From: Octopus vulgaris
Taxonomy: Eukaryota
Reading direction: 5' to 3'
Assembly (NCBI GenBank): GCA_951406725.2
Contig: OX597819.1
Location: forward strand, 51,832,001-51,896,000
Length of the DNA: 64,000 bases
Under the pieces are notes generated by a model that saw only the letters and a list, made by a program, of their open reading frames with translations, was not told the DNA's origin and did not search any database. Made by a program: the position numbers and the translations under genes. Positions 30,388-44,256 of this stretch are shown here, in pieces; the first letter of the stretch is position 1, and each line of letters opens with the position of its first letter.

Positions 30388-30846
30388 AGTGACGGGTGTC
30401 AAAACTGTTCCTTATCCTCCCCCAAAGTTTAGACTTTATTCCCTGAATAGTGGGATACTGAATATCTGGTTTAGGTGTATCAATCAGTGTAGATGTGTCT
30501 CTTCAGGTGTCAAGATGTATCTCGTTAAAATAACGTCTGTTCCGCAAGATTTCCTTATCCCCCAACCAGAAAAAGTTTAGACTTTGCTCCCTGTGACTTT
30601 TGTTTTTATTTCCAAACTGAGGCGAATCTCGGATGCAGTAGTTTTGAAGATGAAGGAGTCTGACAAGGGTCCTGGCTACCTTCACTTTGTAGGACTTCCA
30701 TGTACTTTCATGAGGTGGCTGGAGTTCCACAATAAATGCAATGAAGTCGGAGGGTCCTGCTTTGAAGGAGATTAGAGTGATGTACATCTTTGACATTAAT
30801 AAAAGTCTTTCCTGAAAAAGTCTGAAAACTTTTGGAATACACCTTG
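30388..30846 (+). mobile_element. Mariner 3' remnant with right TIR
   Basis: TGVKTVPYPP..SLDFAPCDF...RWLEFHNKCNEVGGSCFEGD* matches the mariner C-terminus; ends AAAACTTTTGGAATACACCTTG-TA. Confidence 0.75.
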
Positions 30847-31830
30847 TACATTTTTAAAGACATCTGTCCTCATCAGGTTTTCGAAACAACTGACGCTTGT
30901 AGCAGCCAATTACTACAATGAACACAAAAGGACCCAGGGTAAGCCAGTAGAAACGAGTAATATGTATCGTGAACGGCGAGCAGAAAATTATTTTAGGCTT
31001 AGAAAATCAATTTCATTCGAGAATAAAAACGAATCGCAGGAGACAGGAAAATAAATTTAAACGATCAAATAATTCTTTATTTTCGCAATACTTCAAACGT
31101 CATTAGTTTAGCAACTTTAGCGACATTTTCAAATTCGCTTCAATTGTAACGTTTTAACGTAACAAGAAAAAATTAGCAACACTTCCAAGCCCTCTATTTT
31201 GGTAAACTACTTTAGCCACATTAGCCAACCTTAATTTAGCAAACATATGAAATACGCCCCGCTCAAGCTAAATTATTTTCGAATAGCAATATTGGGTAAT
31301 GTTGACCCAGAAAACGCTGTCTAAAAAAAGGAAAAAAAAAACAGAATTGTATAAAACGGTCGCAAATGGAACGACTTTAATCATCAGTCTGTTTGATCAA
31401 AAGCTGATTGATGACTAAAGAATAACAATGATAATAAAAGTTGCACGAACAACTAGAAATAACACCGTTAACTTCCTCAAATGACAGCTTACGCCTAGTT
31501 GCACATTATCTAAAAAAATAAATGGTGTGGCCACGACTGGAATTCCTTTGATCATAGGTCTTCCGGATCAGGGTTGATCTGAGGATAAGCATCAATTATC
31601 GTACGAGAACGAAATCAACGACCAATGAGGACGTTCAGCGTGTATGGATATGAATATTCATGAGCTAACAAAATATTCACGCACGAATCCTTGAAGACAG
31701 ACATACATGTGTGTAGGTGTATGTGTGTGTGTGTGTATTTATATTCATATGTATATATATAAATATATGTGTATGTGGTGTATGCGTGTGTGGATGTATA
31801 AACGAACAATAAAATTAACAATGTATTTAT

Positions 31831-31886
<56 letters not shown>

Positions 31887-31890
<4 letters not shown>

Positions 31891-32100
31891 ACAATCAAGG
31901 AACGGCCATAATAGGCCATTCACCCACTAGAAATAAAGCCAAAAGCTTCAACCGCAAATAAAAGTTAATTCTGTAAACCAGGAGAAAATTTAAAAAACAT
32001 TTACCCTGGTTTACAGAATTAACTTTTATTTGCGGTTGAAGCTTTGGCTGTTATTTCTAGTGGGTGAATAGCCTATTATGGCCGTTCCTTGATTGTTGAT
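31887..32100. repeat. Near-perfect 96-bp inverted repeat with 22-nt spacer
   Basis: 31887-31982 is the reverse complement of 32005-32100 with few differences. Confidence 0.95.
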
Positions 32101-32197
32101 GTTAAACTTAAAAATGGTCTATGACTATTTAATTTTTTCCTACTAGGCCGCTGGTGGCAAAAGAATTCTACAAAATTTTTTCGCCACCCTATATTGA

Positions 32198-32235
<38 letters not shown>

Positions 32236-32562
32236 CAATGAAATAATGAACACGATTGTTTTTCCTTTACTCATTGCACTGCGGCCATGCTGGGGCACCG
32301 TCTTCAATGGTTTACTCGAGCGCATCGATTCCAACACTTATGCTTTGTGTTCAGTCTGGTACTTACAGTAGCGATGTCCTTTGTCGATCCGTTAAGTTAT
32401 TTGGACGTAAATAGAGCAAGTAACATCGGTTGTCAAGCAGCGGAGTACGACAGAGACATACACAAAGACTGTAGTATACACACAAAGCACGCACATGCAC
32501 ACACACACACATGTATACATACATACATGCATGCATATATATACATACATGCATACATATAC

Positions 32563-32633
<71 letters not shown>

Positions 32634-32954
32634 TGATGTGATATATAATATATATATATATATAAGATAAACTTACTGAATGCGTGGCGTTCAGTCATAT
32701 AATAATATAAATAAAATATATATATATAGGCATATATACATATATATATATACGTATATGCACACACTGAGACATATGTATGTATAGCCGGCCGAAATTG
32801 CAAAGATAATCTGGAACTCGACTAAAGAAAGAAAACTCCAAATGACCCGTCCTTGCTTTCTTTGTATCGTCTATCTGGATGTTTTGTAGTCCCTTTTTTG
32901 TATCGCCTGTCTGGATGTTTTGCGTTCTTGTCCCATTTTGTATATTATATATAT

Positions 32955-33061
<107 letters not shown>

Positions 33062-33346
33062 CATACATACACACACACATATATATAGGCATATATACAA
33101 ACATATATGCACATGAGTCATATGTATATATATGCATATATGGGTACAGGACGTCACAAAACGTAAATAACGGGAGATACGAAAACATGAAATTCGAAAT
33201 ACGAAAAACAGCATGAAATACGAAGACAAACTTTTTTTGCCTACAACTAGAGAAAAAATGGAAAACAAGACAAGTAACATAAAGAACGACCCTTCATCAG
33301 TTGTCGGCTATTTATCTACTCCACATTTCGAGCAATTCACGACAAC

Positions 33347-33406
<60 letters not shown>

Positions 33407-33408
<2 letters not shown>

Positions 33409-33548
33409 GGGCTTACACTGGTTTCCGTCAACCGAATTCACTCGCAATGCCTTAGTCGGCCCGGGAGCATGGAGGAAGATACTTGCCCAAGGTGCCACGC
33501 AATGGAACTAAAGTGGAAATTATGTGGCTGCAAAGCGAGTTTCTTAAC
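33407..33548 (-). mobile_element. SINE B 5' half (diverged)
   Basis: GTTTCCGTCAACC...ACTTGCCCAAGGTGCCACGCA. Confidence 0.75.
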
Positions 33549-33788
33549 TTGATAGTTATGCTCACAAAGCGAAATATTCATGTATAAATCCTTGAGGGGA
33601 GAATAAAATATATACATATATATATAAATTAATAAATGCAAGACAATAAAATAATTAAATAATTGATACAAATATATTCAAACAATACATACATACATAC
33701 ATACATAATACATACATACATACATACATACATACATACATACATACATACATGCATACATACATATCTACATACATACATACATACA

Positions 33789-33821
<33 letters not shown>

Positions 33822-34271
33822 TGCCTGAATTAGTTGTGAATCAACTCAATAAGTAAATAAATTCCATTAATTAACAAACATTAATCAACCAGTCAGCCAG
33901 TCCGTCAGACAGACAGACAAGCAGACAGACAACCAGTTTGTTATCCAGCCAAAATAACACTTTTAACTCAACAAAGCAAGTCAGCCGTGCAAGCAAGCCA
34001 GTGAACCAGTCAACCAAGAACGAATATTTGTGCGCCATCATGGCTCGATAAGCTCGAAAGAATTCTAGAATTTGTTTTTGTTGTTTTTTTTTCTTTTGTT
34101 TTATATATGTTTTTTTCCTGGTGTCTTCCCCTCTCTTTAAATTTGCTCTTTTTTTTATTTCTAATTTTTATCTTTACGAGTAGGGATGGAGAGTGTTTTA
34201 TTTGTTTATTTGTTTTCTTCACGTGTTTTATATTTATTCATTCATTTATTTACTTCATTTATTTATTTATT

Positions 34272-34335
<64 letters not shown>

Positions 34336-34369
34336 GTTGTTGTTGTTGTTATCGTTGTTGTTGTTGTTA

Positions 34370-34424
<55 letters not shown>

Positions 34425-34825
34425 CATTATTATTATTTATTATTATTTTTATATATATTTTTTTAAGATGCAGTTCACTGAACAAAAACAGGCAAAGATT
34501 TCAACGAGGCTGAAACATAGGAAAATGTTTTTAAATGTTCGAGGGTTGTCGACCCCCGTTTATCAAAACTCACCTATCGCCGAGCACCCCACTTCACCCA
34601 CTTACCACCAATCCAGTCATTACCCGGCACCAGTAAATACAACAACAACAACAACAAAACTAATAACACTCTCACCATTACAAGAAACTGCAACGCCAAC
34701 AACCATACCATCTCTGACACTACCACCTACACTGCTACTACGGGCATATATGCATGCATGCATACATATATACATACGTACATGCATACATACATACGTG
34801 AATACATACATACATATATATATAT

Positions 34826-35230
34826 AGGCGTAGGAGAGGATGTGTGATAAGAAGATTGCTTACGAACCAAATGGTTCCGGGTTCAGTCCCACTGCGTGGC
34901 ACCTTGGGCAAGTGTCTTCTACTATAGCCTCGGGCTGACCAAAGCCTTGTGAGTGGATTTGGTTGACGGAAACTGAAAGAAGCCCGTCGTATATATGCAT
35001 GTATATGTATGTGTGTATATGTTTGTCTGTCTGTGTTTGTTCCCCCAAATTGCTTGACAATCGATGCTGGTGTGTTTACGTCCCCGTAACTTAGCGGTTC
35101 GGCAAAAGAGACCGATAGAATAAGTACTAGGCTTACAAAGAATAAGTCCTGGGGTCGATCTGCTCGACTAAAGGCGGTGCTCCAGCAAGGCCACAGTGAA
35201 ATGAATGAAACAAGTAAAAGAGTGAAAGAG
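34826..35230 (+). mobile_element. SINE family B, full length
   Basis: GGCGTAGGAG...GGTTCAGTCCC...TGAAACAAGTAAAAGAG; both flanks are (TA)n. Confidence 0.92.
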
Positions 35231-35321
35231 AACATATATATATATATATATATATATTATCGAGTTAGATAACAGAGAGATCTAATGGATACAAATTAAT
35301 TTATTAATTTATTAACATATT

Positions 35322-35426
35322 CAGCTACAATTGTTTCATTTCACAAAAAAAAAATTATAATTGCAAAACGTATATAAATAAATAATTTTGCATTTTAAAT
35401 ACTTTGTATGGAAAATCATCAGGGTG
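35322..35426 (-). ncRNA. Minimal type-I hammerhead ribozyme motif followed by AATAAA
   Basis: Minus strand: CACC-CTGATGA-TTTTC...GAAAT-GAAA-CAATT-GTA-GCTG; perfect palindrome ACAATTGT; two AATAAA downstream. Confidence 0.6.
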
Positions 35427-35531
35427 TACAAAGGACAATAAGGGTTACATTAGGATATGTTTGGAATGCTCAGAATATATAGACATGTTTATTATGCGTG
35501 TAGATATATGTGCGCGCACGTACACACACAC

Positions 35532-35618
<87 letters not shown>

Positions 35619-35869
35619 TAATCTCTCTCTCACACACACGCATACAGATGTGTGTACATACATGTGTACATGCTAGCAAGCATACTTAGTTATTGCTTCA
35701 TCTTCACAGATGATTGCTGTCTTCTCGCGCTTCTTCGTATTCAATGGAATTTCTGACTTTCCGTCCATGACTTCTCAGATGACAATTCAGACCCGTTGTA
35801 GATCTATTCGCATGGATTGAAGCATAAATGACAGAGGAAAGCTGAAACCTATTATGCGCTTCGAACTGT

Positions 35870-36330
35870 TTATGTCTGCTCACGTTGCCACGCTTCCGTC
35901 GCTAAAGGACTTTCAGTAGATGGAATGACAATTGACTGAATGACGGAGCTCTTTTTTGTTCGACTCTCAAACAACTCTGGTGTTCCCAAGGGTTTAGTTC
36001 TGTTCCCAACTGGTTTCCTTCTATACATCGATGACTTACTTTTGTCACATCCAGATAACACGGCTCTTCATTCCTCTCTAAAATTCCAAAACCATGCATC
36101 ATCTACACGCAACCTACGTATCACACGACAAACCTGCATAGATTCCGTAAAAAAGACCTTGAGAGTATCCAAACAACCTTAACCTTTTAATAGTAGAAGA
36201 CATAAGAGCTATTCACATCAAGAAAATGCCTCAGCATCATACCCTCTCTCATCATGAGTGGCATTTAGCTTGAGCTCTTACAGTCGATCCAAATGCTAAG
36301 CCTAGTTTTCGCTGATAATTTCCTCTGATC
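35870..36330 (+). mobile_element. Degenerate CR1/Jockey-group LINE RT fragment
   Basis: NSGVPKGLVLFPTGFLLYIDDLL...DNTALHSS resembles SGVPQGSVL.P.LFLLYINDL...ADDT. Confidence 0.7.
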
Positions 36331-37179
36331 AGTATTCATTTGTCTTCACGCACACATGTACTCATGACACGTACGCACGCACATCCATATATCCCCCTCA
36401 TATATATATATAAATATATGCGTGCATGCATAATATATCTATATATATATATATAACTCAACTTGTGTGTCTGTGTGTGTATCTGTGTGTGTGTGTTTGT
36501 GTGTTTAACTTCCTGGCACATCTCCTCCTAGCCAACAAATCATAGAACCACCAAAAATGGGTCACTTAAAGTTTAGGCGAATGAACTGCGCTATTTCTGT
36601 TCCGAAATTCATCTCGCAAGTGCAAAAATCGATAATGTGTTTGTTTAGGCCTTGGGAGAGTGAGAGAGAGAGAGAGAGGGACAGAGAGTGTGATAGAGAG
36701 AGTGAGAGAGAGAGAGAGAGAGAGAGTGAGAGACGGAGAGAGTGAGAGACGGAGAGAGTGAGAGAGAGAGAGTGAAATAGAGCAATAGAGTGAGATAGAG
36801 AGTGAGGGAGAGAATGAGAGAGAGGGAGTGAGAAAGAGAGAATGAGAGAGAGAGTGAGAGAGAAAGAGTGAAATAGAGAGTCAGAGAGATAGTGAGAGAG
36901 AGAGTGAGAGAGTGAGATAGAGAATGAGAGAGAAATCCGGGCAATACTGCTAGTATATATATATATATAAGTCATCGCTTGCACATCTGACTAAAGAGAA
37001 TCAGGTGCCTTTGGCGCTGATTTCGAAATCATGGTATCAGATTAACTGACATTCATTCTGCATCCTTTGCAGAGGTAAGACGCCATTCTTATTGACTAAA
37101 ACGTTTTCCAATCATGCCTGTATTAATTTAGTGATCCTTCTGTGGCTTAGGAGCATTTTGACTTCTATTTTTAGCGAAG

Positions 37180-37568
37180 CGGGTTCAATCCCACTGCGTG
37201 GCACCTTGAGCAAGTGTCTTCTACTATAACCTCGAGCCGACCAAAGCCTTGTGAGTGGATTTGGTAAACGGAAACTGAAAGAAGCTCGTCATATATATGT
37301 ATATATATATATATATGTATGTGTGTGGATATGCTTGTGTGTCTGTGTTTGTCCCCACCACCACCACCACCACCACTATCACTTTACACCCGATGCTGGT
37401 ATGTATACGTCCCCGTCACTTAGCGGTTCGGCAAAATAGACCGATAGAATAAGTACTAGGCTTACAAAGAATACGTCCTGGGGTCGATTTGCTTGACTAA
37501 AGGAGGTGCCCCAGCATGGCCACAGTCAAATGACTGAAACAAGTAAAATAGTAAGAGAGCAAAAGAGT
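37180..37568 (+). mobile_element. SINE family B (5' truncated)
   Basis: GGGTTCAATCCCACTGCGTGG through ATGACTGAAACAAGTAAAA. Confidence 0.9.
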
Positions 37569-38729
37569 ATTATTAGAAATATAGTGTTAGTTGCAGATCT
37601 CCAGGAGACCACTTAGATCCACGACCACAAAATATGTGGTGTATAGGTGATATCAGTACACGAAGAGAATTTAATATAAAATCAATGTCGATGAGATTTC
37701 AAGGGAAATAACTAAATACCTTAAACCATTTAGTCCGGCAATCTATCGTTTGTACTATCATTTCTACTATTTCTACTTCTCCGTTGCAGTAGTGGCTATT
37801 ACAATATCGATTACTAACCAAGGCAAAAGATCACAAATTACTAGATGAAGGGTTTGCGAATAGAATTCTTCTCCTTCTATAGCTGAGTAATACTTATTTC
37901 ATTGACCTCAAAAGGTCGAAAGATAAATCGACTTTGGCAGGAATTTGGCAGAATGCAAAGGAACGTAACTATACACCTCGTGCCATTTTGTCCGGTGCTC
38001 TAACGGCGCCGCTATCACTCTACTGACCTCGTTGGATACAGAACAATGCAACAAAACTGTCCAATTTCAACTGCTTAACAATAACACTTAGTGATACGTA
38101 GACGAACTTCCGCCCGTCTTAGCGATAAATCAAAGATTCTGTGAAACATTAGTATAGAGACTGATTACTAGCTTGCACACAACATACCTGACATAATTTT
38201 GCATGACAGAAACGATAATAGTATTTTAATCACTGGCATAGCTATAGTGAATGACTAGAATGTATTTCAGAAGACAACTGAGAAGATAAAGAATTACACT
38301 CTACCCATAGCTGTTGCATTTGATACATGATATGTAAGAATTATGAATAATGCATTGAATAATGGCGTGCGAGAAATGTATCCATCATTCCATGTGTAAT
38401 TGGTACTATTGGAATGATACTTAAAAATAACCGAGCTAAAGAGAATGACAGGCTACCTAGAAGTATTAACGTAAACAACAGAAGAGAATCTTGAAAATAT
38501 TCATGCTAGGATCTACAAATCTGTAACTGACGCAACTTTCTTCTTTCACAGCTTTTATTCTTAGCGAACAAGGATAAGGCTGTGAGATGGTAGAAACGCT
38601 AGCGTGCCGGACAATATACTTAGTGGCGTTTCGTCTGTCTTTATGTTCTAAGAAATTTCAACATCGAACTACCTATTCGGCAGTTAATATCAATTTCAGT
38701 GGTGGAGTTTTGTTCCCGTAGAAAAGACA

Positions 38730-39075
38730 AGGAGTGGCTGTGTGGTAAGTAGCTTGCTTACCAACCACATGATTCCGGATTCAGCCCCACTACGTGGCAC
38801 CTTGGGCAACTGTCTTCTACTATAGCCTCGGGCCGGCCAAAGCCTTGTGAGTAGATTTGGTAGACGGAAACTGAAAGAAGCACGCGTATATGTGTGTGTG
38901 TTTGTGTATCTGTGTTTGTCCCCTACCATGGCTTGATAACCAATGTTGGTGTGTTTACGTCCCCGTAACTTAGCGGTCCAGCATAAAAGACCGATAGAAT
39001 AGGTACTAGGCTCACAAACAATAAGTCCTGGGGTCGATTTGTTGACTGAAACAAATAAAAGAATAAAATAATAAA
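38730..39075 (+). mobile_element. SINE family B
   Basis: AGGAGTGGCTGTGTGG head; tail carries a small deletion. Confidence 0.9.
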
Positions 39076-39876
39076 AGCAGATATCCATCCACCAACCCAT
39101 TCATTCAACCATCCATCCATTCGTCCATCCATCCATCCCTCCATCCTTCCATCCATACAAACATAAATGCATGCATACATACATACATACATTCATACGA
39201 ACATGCATACATACATACATACATACATACATGATGGCCGCATCCCTCGTTCTCGAGTATAAGATGACAATGTCGCAACATCAAGCGATACCTGTGCATG
39301 AAGCTTTATGAAGTGAGGAGAGGTCTTGCACACAGCCAGTTCCGCTCTCTGAACAACGATGACAGATGCTGCCAAAAAAAAAAAACCAGTCAACATCATT
39401 GGCCGACATTGAGTCGTGGGTTTTACAACAGAGTTACCTTTCCCTTACAGTGATGTCATAACAAGGACTCAGAGCCATACACACCCACATATACACACAC
39501 ATACATACATACATACATACATACATACATACATACATACATACATACATACATACATACATACATACATACATACATACGTACATAGTTGCTTCAACTT
39601 TCACTCATGCATTTTCAGATATGCACACCGATTCAAGCAACATGAACAAAAATGACGCAGGCATCTTCATCGCCGAAAGACACACACACACGCACAAACA
39701 CACACACAAACACACACACACATACACACATACACACATACACACATACACACAACACACATGCGCACACACAACACACATTTACTCTCATGTAAATTTT
39801 GTTCCCTAAAATTAAATACCTACAATATTGATTATGTAAAACGCACCGCATTTCCATATACACATTATTATATAAA

Positions 39877-39909
<33 letters not shown>

Positions 39910-40069
39910 TATATAATTGAATAATGTACATATATAAATGTGCGCACCTGTGTGTGGGTGTGTGCTTGGGTGTGCGTGCGTGTTTATATGCACACGTATG
40001 TATGTATATTTTGTATGAATCCATATATGCATATATAACATATGTTTTGCATAAATGCATGTCTATACG

Positions 40070-40236
<167 letters not shown>

Positions 40237-41188
40237 TTCATTGCCAACAGAGATATACACATGCAGTAATAGACACGTGTCCATCATCATGTTACATTTA
40301 CATATTTATTCATTTGTTTAGTTATCCATATATTTTAGAGAAATATGAAATATTGAATTATAGAAAAAGTTTGATTTTTTTTAAACAAGAAGAAAAATGT
40401 TTCGCTATTGATTCAATAATAAATATTTGCTACCCCAGCCACCCGAGTGGTTATGTCACCCACTATCATGTCATTTTGCCTTCCTTTCTTCCATCCTTTC
40501 TTCTTTCCTTCTTTTTTTTGTTTTTTTACTTGAATTTGTTTTATACCTATGCATTTTTTGTCTTCGTACACATTTTCCCCTAAGGGGACAAGAAACTTTT
40601 CGAAAAAGTTTTCCCTTCTTACCTTTTTTTTCTTCTTCTTTTGATGGGTATTTTGGAGTGTTGTCTGTGTGTGTCTGTAAAGATATGTGTGTGTGTGTGA
40701 ATGTATATATATATATATACATGCATGCACAAATATGTATATATTCATACATATATATAGATGTATATGTATATATACGTGTATAAATACATGTGTGCAT
40801 ATATATATATTTATATATATATATATATAAACATATATGTATATATCTGTGATGCTCTACCAATGTAATAAACAAGCAGCGTTTCAGTAATGGAATAAAA
40901 CTATGAGAAAAACGCGATGCTGAACCAAAAAAAGTTAAATTGAATGAAAAAAATTATGGTGGGGGAAATTATAAAAAAAATGGAAGCCCAAAATAAATTC
41001 AGCATGGAATATACATACATACATACATATGTGTATATATGTGTCCATATTTTTTGCGTATACATGTATGCATTTGTACAATATTTATCTGCATATATCT
41101 GTCTATATTTGTGTATGTATGTATAATGTTAATATGTCGCGTGCTCGAGTGATTGAATGTGGTTTTGAGTGTTGTTAAGTGTACATAA

Positions 41189-41229
<41 letters not shown>

Positions 41230-41238
41230 ATGTATATA

Positions 41239-41308
<70 letters not shown>

Positions 41309-41342
41309 CATTGACAGACAAACAGCTAGCTAGCTAGCTAGC

Positions 41343-41415
<73 letters not shown>

Positions 41416-41521
41416 CTACCTACTTGTGTGTGTGTGTGTGTGTGTATGTATATCGCATGTAAGTAGATATGTATAGCTGTTTATATCATGTATATCGGTT
41501 GTACATTATAGACTTGTTAAC

Positions 41522-41730
41522 AAGGCGGCGAGCTGGCAGAAACGTCAGCACGTTGGGCGAAATACAGTATTTCGTCTGTCTTTACGTTCTGAGTTCAAAT
41601 TCCGCCGAGGTTGACTTTGCCTTTCATCCTTTCAGGGTCGATAAATTAAGTACCAGTTGCGTACTGGGGTCGATCTAATCGACTGGCCCCCTCTCCAAAA
41701 ATATTGGGTCTTGTGGTTATAATAGACAGG
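41522..41730 (+). mobile_element. SINE family A
   Basis: AAGGCGGCGAGCTGGCAGAA head, central block, type-2 tail (GACTGGCCCCCTCTCCAAAA). Confidence 0.9.
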
Positions 41731-42077
41731 ATTAGATACTTGTTAATGTTCTGAATGTAAGAACAGTCGTTGCTTCTGTAACTCCCCATCACTTTATTTT
41801 TATGGCTCTTTTCTTGTGTCACTGAAAGCATGCAAGTATTTATATGCTTATCTATCTATCTACACCTGAGTGGTCGAGTAATTCGCTTCCCTAAAATGTG
41901 ATTCCTTTGCATAGACTTCCTCTGTAATTCGAAAGTTCTACATTGTTACAGTGATTCACGTTAATTCTACTCAAAGATTATGTTGCAGAAACGCGATTCT
42001 ATAGCATACTCAGAATTCTGCGCACGCAAATTCAACGAGTAGATCGGACAATTGATTGAACGACGGAGACTATGGAG

Positions 42078-42167
42078 AGCACACACGCGTTTCACAGAAT
42101 GCTGTAATAATAACATAACAATTGTAGAAACATTATGTAATCTTGAACCTCACTTCATCAGTGTCCT
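42078..42167 (-). ncRNA. Decayed hammerhead motif
   Basis: Minus strand: AGGACA-CTGATGA-AGTGAGG...TTCTGT-GAAA-CGC-GTG-TGTGCT; palindrome ACGCGT, but the cleavage triplet reads GUG, so probably inactive. Confidence 0.45.
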
Positions 42168-42307
42168 GCAATAAACGCAATACCAGATGTTCAAATTATC
42201 AATAATCACAAGCCTCACATGTCGCACAACATAGCAAAGGATAGAAAAAGCATTATATCATGGGAGTGCGAACGAGGACGCGCTTCTGAAATCCAAATAG
42301 GTGAGAT

Positions 42308-42341
<34 letters not shown>

Positions 42342-42489
42342 CAAAAAAGAGGAAAAACTATAAGAAAAAAGAAAAAAATATAAAAAATAATAAAGATAAA
42401 GAATATAAGCAAATAAGTAAAACCTTCATCATCTTCACCTTCATCATCATCATCCTTATCACCACCTCCATCACGACTGCCCTCTTAGA

Positions 42490-43540
42490 TACCCACCAGA
42501 TTGATCAGGTTGAAGGAAATGCACCAACTGCTGCTGCAAAGACAATAAAATTAATTGCAAAGACAAAAGTACATGAAAAATTAGCTAGCAGATGTGAACA
42601 GAAACCTCTGCATGGCAAGTATGTGTGGCCCGTAGCAAACGAGCTGATGTCGACCTGAAACACACGCATCAATGGTTACGAAGCTCAGGGCTAAAAGCAG
42701 AGAGTGAAGGTTACATATTAGCTGCTCAAGACCAAAGCTTATTAACCCGGAACTACTAAGTCAATGTGATAAAAAATGGAGCTGACCCAAAATCCCGATT
42801 CTGTAACGATGAAATTGAAACTATAGACTACCTAATCTCAGGGTGTAGAGTCTTAGCACCTGTAGAATATAGAGCAAGACATGACAGAGTCGGCCAGTAT
42901 TTACACTGGACAATATGTCGGCATTATAAAATCAAACCGCTGACAAATGGTATAAACACCATCCTGAAGCTGTGACTGAGGGGTAAATGTGTCGATTCTT
43001 TGAGACTTCCCCGTATATACCGACAAAACTATAAAAGCTAATAAACCGGATTTATTATAAAAGATCAAACAAAAAAGGTCTGTTTATTAATTGACACAAG
43101 TATTCCTCAAGATCACAATATAGCGGCGAAAGAATTTGACAAGGTCAGTAAAATTAAAGACTTGGTAATAGAAATTGAAAAAATGTGGCATCTCAAGATA
43201 ACTACAGTACCAGTGATTGTAGGATCTCTAGGAATGATAAAAAAAAAAAAAAGGTACTGAAACCTATTTGAAAATGATACCAGGCTTACCATCCCTACAG
43301 GAAGTGCACAAACATCGTGTTAACTGGAACGACTTATGTACCGAGAAGAGCATTATCGCTGTGCAAACAACATCCATTCATGAATTTATTTGTTTATTAA
43401 TTTTTTTAAAAATACATATTTTACCTGTGAATTTGCGTGTGTAATCTGGGAATGCATATAATGAGCTTCTCTGCCCTAGGTGTACGGAAAACACTCGGCG
43501 AGAAATGGAAGAAAATTTGTAAATTTGAAAAAATAAATGC
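42490..43540 (+). mobile_element. R4/Dong-type (RLE) LINE, 5' truncated
   Basis: KPLHGKY...WLRSSGLKAESEGYILAAQDQSL...RFC...ETIDYLISGC...YRARHDRV...NKPD...LLID...KDLVIEIEKMWHLK...VPVIVGSLG: zinc-knuckle region plus PD-(D/E)xK endonuclease. Confidence 0.88.
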
Positions 43541-43562
43541 TTAGTGGTATTTCGCCTGCCGC

Positions 43563-43625
<63 letters not shown>

Positions 43626-43626
<1 letters not shown>

Positions 43627-43840
43627 AGGCGGCAACCTGGCAGAATAGTTAGCATGATGGAGAAATGCTTTACGGTATTTCGTCTACCGTTACGTTCTGA
43701 GTTCAAATTCTGCCGAGTTCGACTTTGCCTTTTATCCTTTCGGGGGTCGATAAATTAAGTACCAGTTGCGTACTGGGGTCGATGTAATTGACTAGACTCC
43801 GTCGCATAAATTCCAGGCCTTGAGGCTCCAGTAGGAAGGA
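43626..43840 (+). mobile_element. SINE family A
   Basis: Head, central block and tail present. Confidence 0.88.
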
Positions 43841-44203
43841 TTATTATTAATTATTAGTATAGTCTCTGTCATCATTCTTCTTGTCATCATGAACGATAGC
43901 ATGAGGAACAAACGAGTAGGACACGAGCTTAACAACAGTTACAACATCAACCGCAAAACCATCAGCAGCAGCAGCAGCACAATAAAATCAACAACGAATA
44001 TAAAATACCGGCAAATAACAACAAGAATAACGATTGCAACATCAAGAAACTACTGGTTTTTTTTTTTTTCAATTGCAACAATAATAATATTATCATAAAC
44101 AAAACAATAAGATTAACGGCAACAAAATAATAACAACCACGTAAACAACGACAACAACAACAACAACAACAACAACGACGACGACGACGACGACGATGAA
44201 GAA

Positions 44204-44256
<53 letters not shown>

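Noticed and set aside
37040-37082. CTGAC...TTTGCAGAG/GTAAGA as a micro-exon or recursive splice site
   Set aside because: A single short motif expected by chance; no supporting exon chain.
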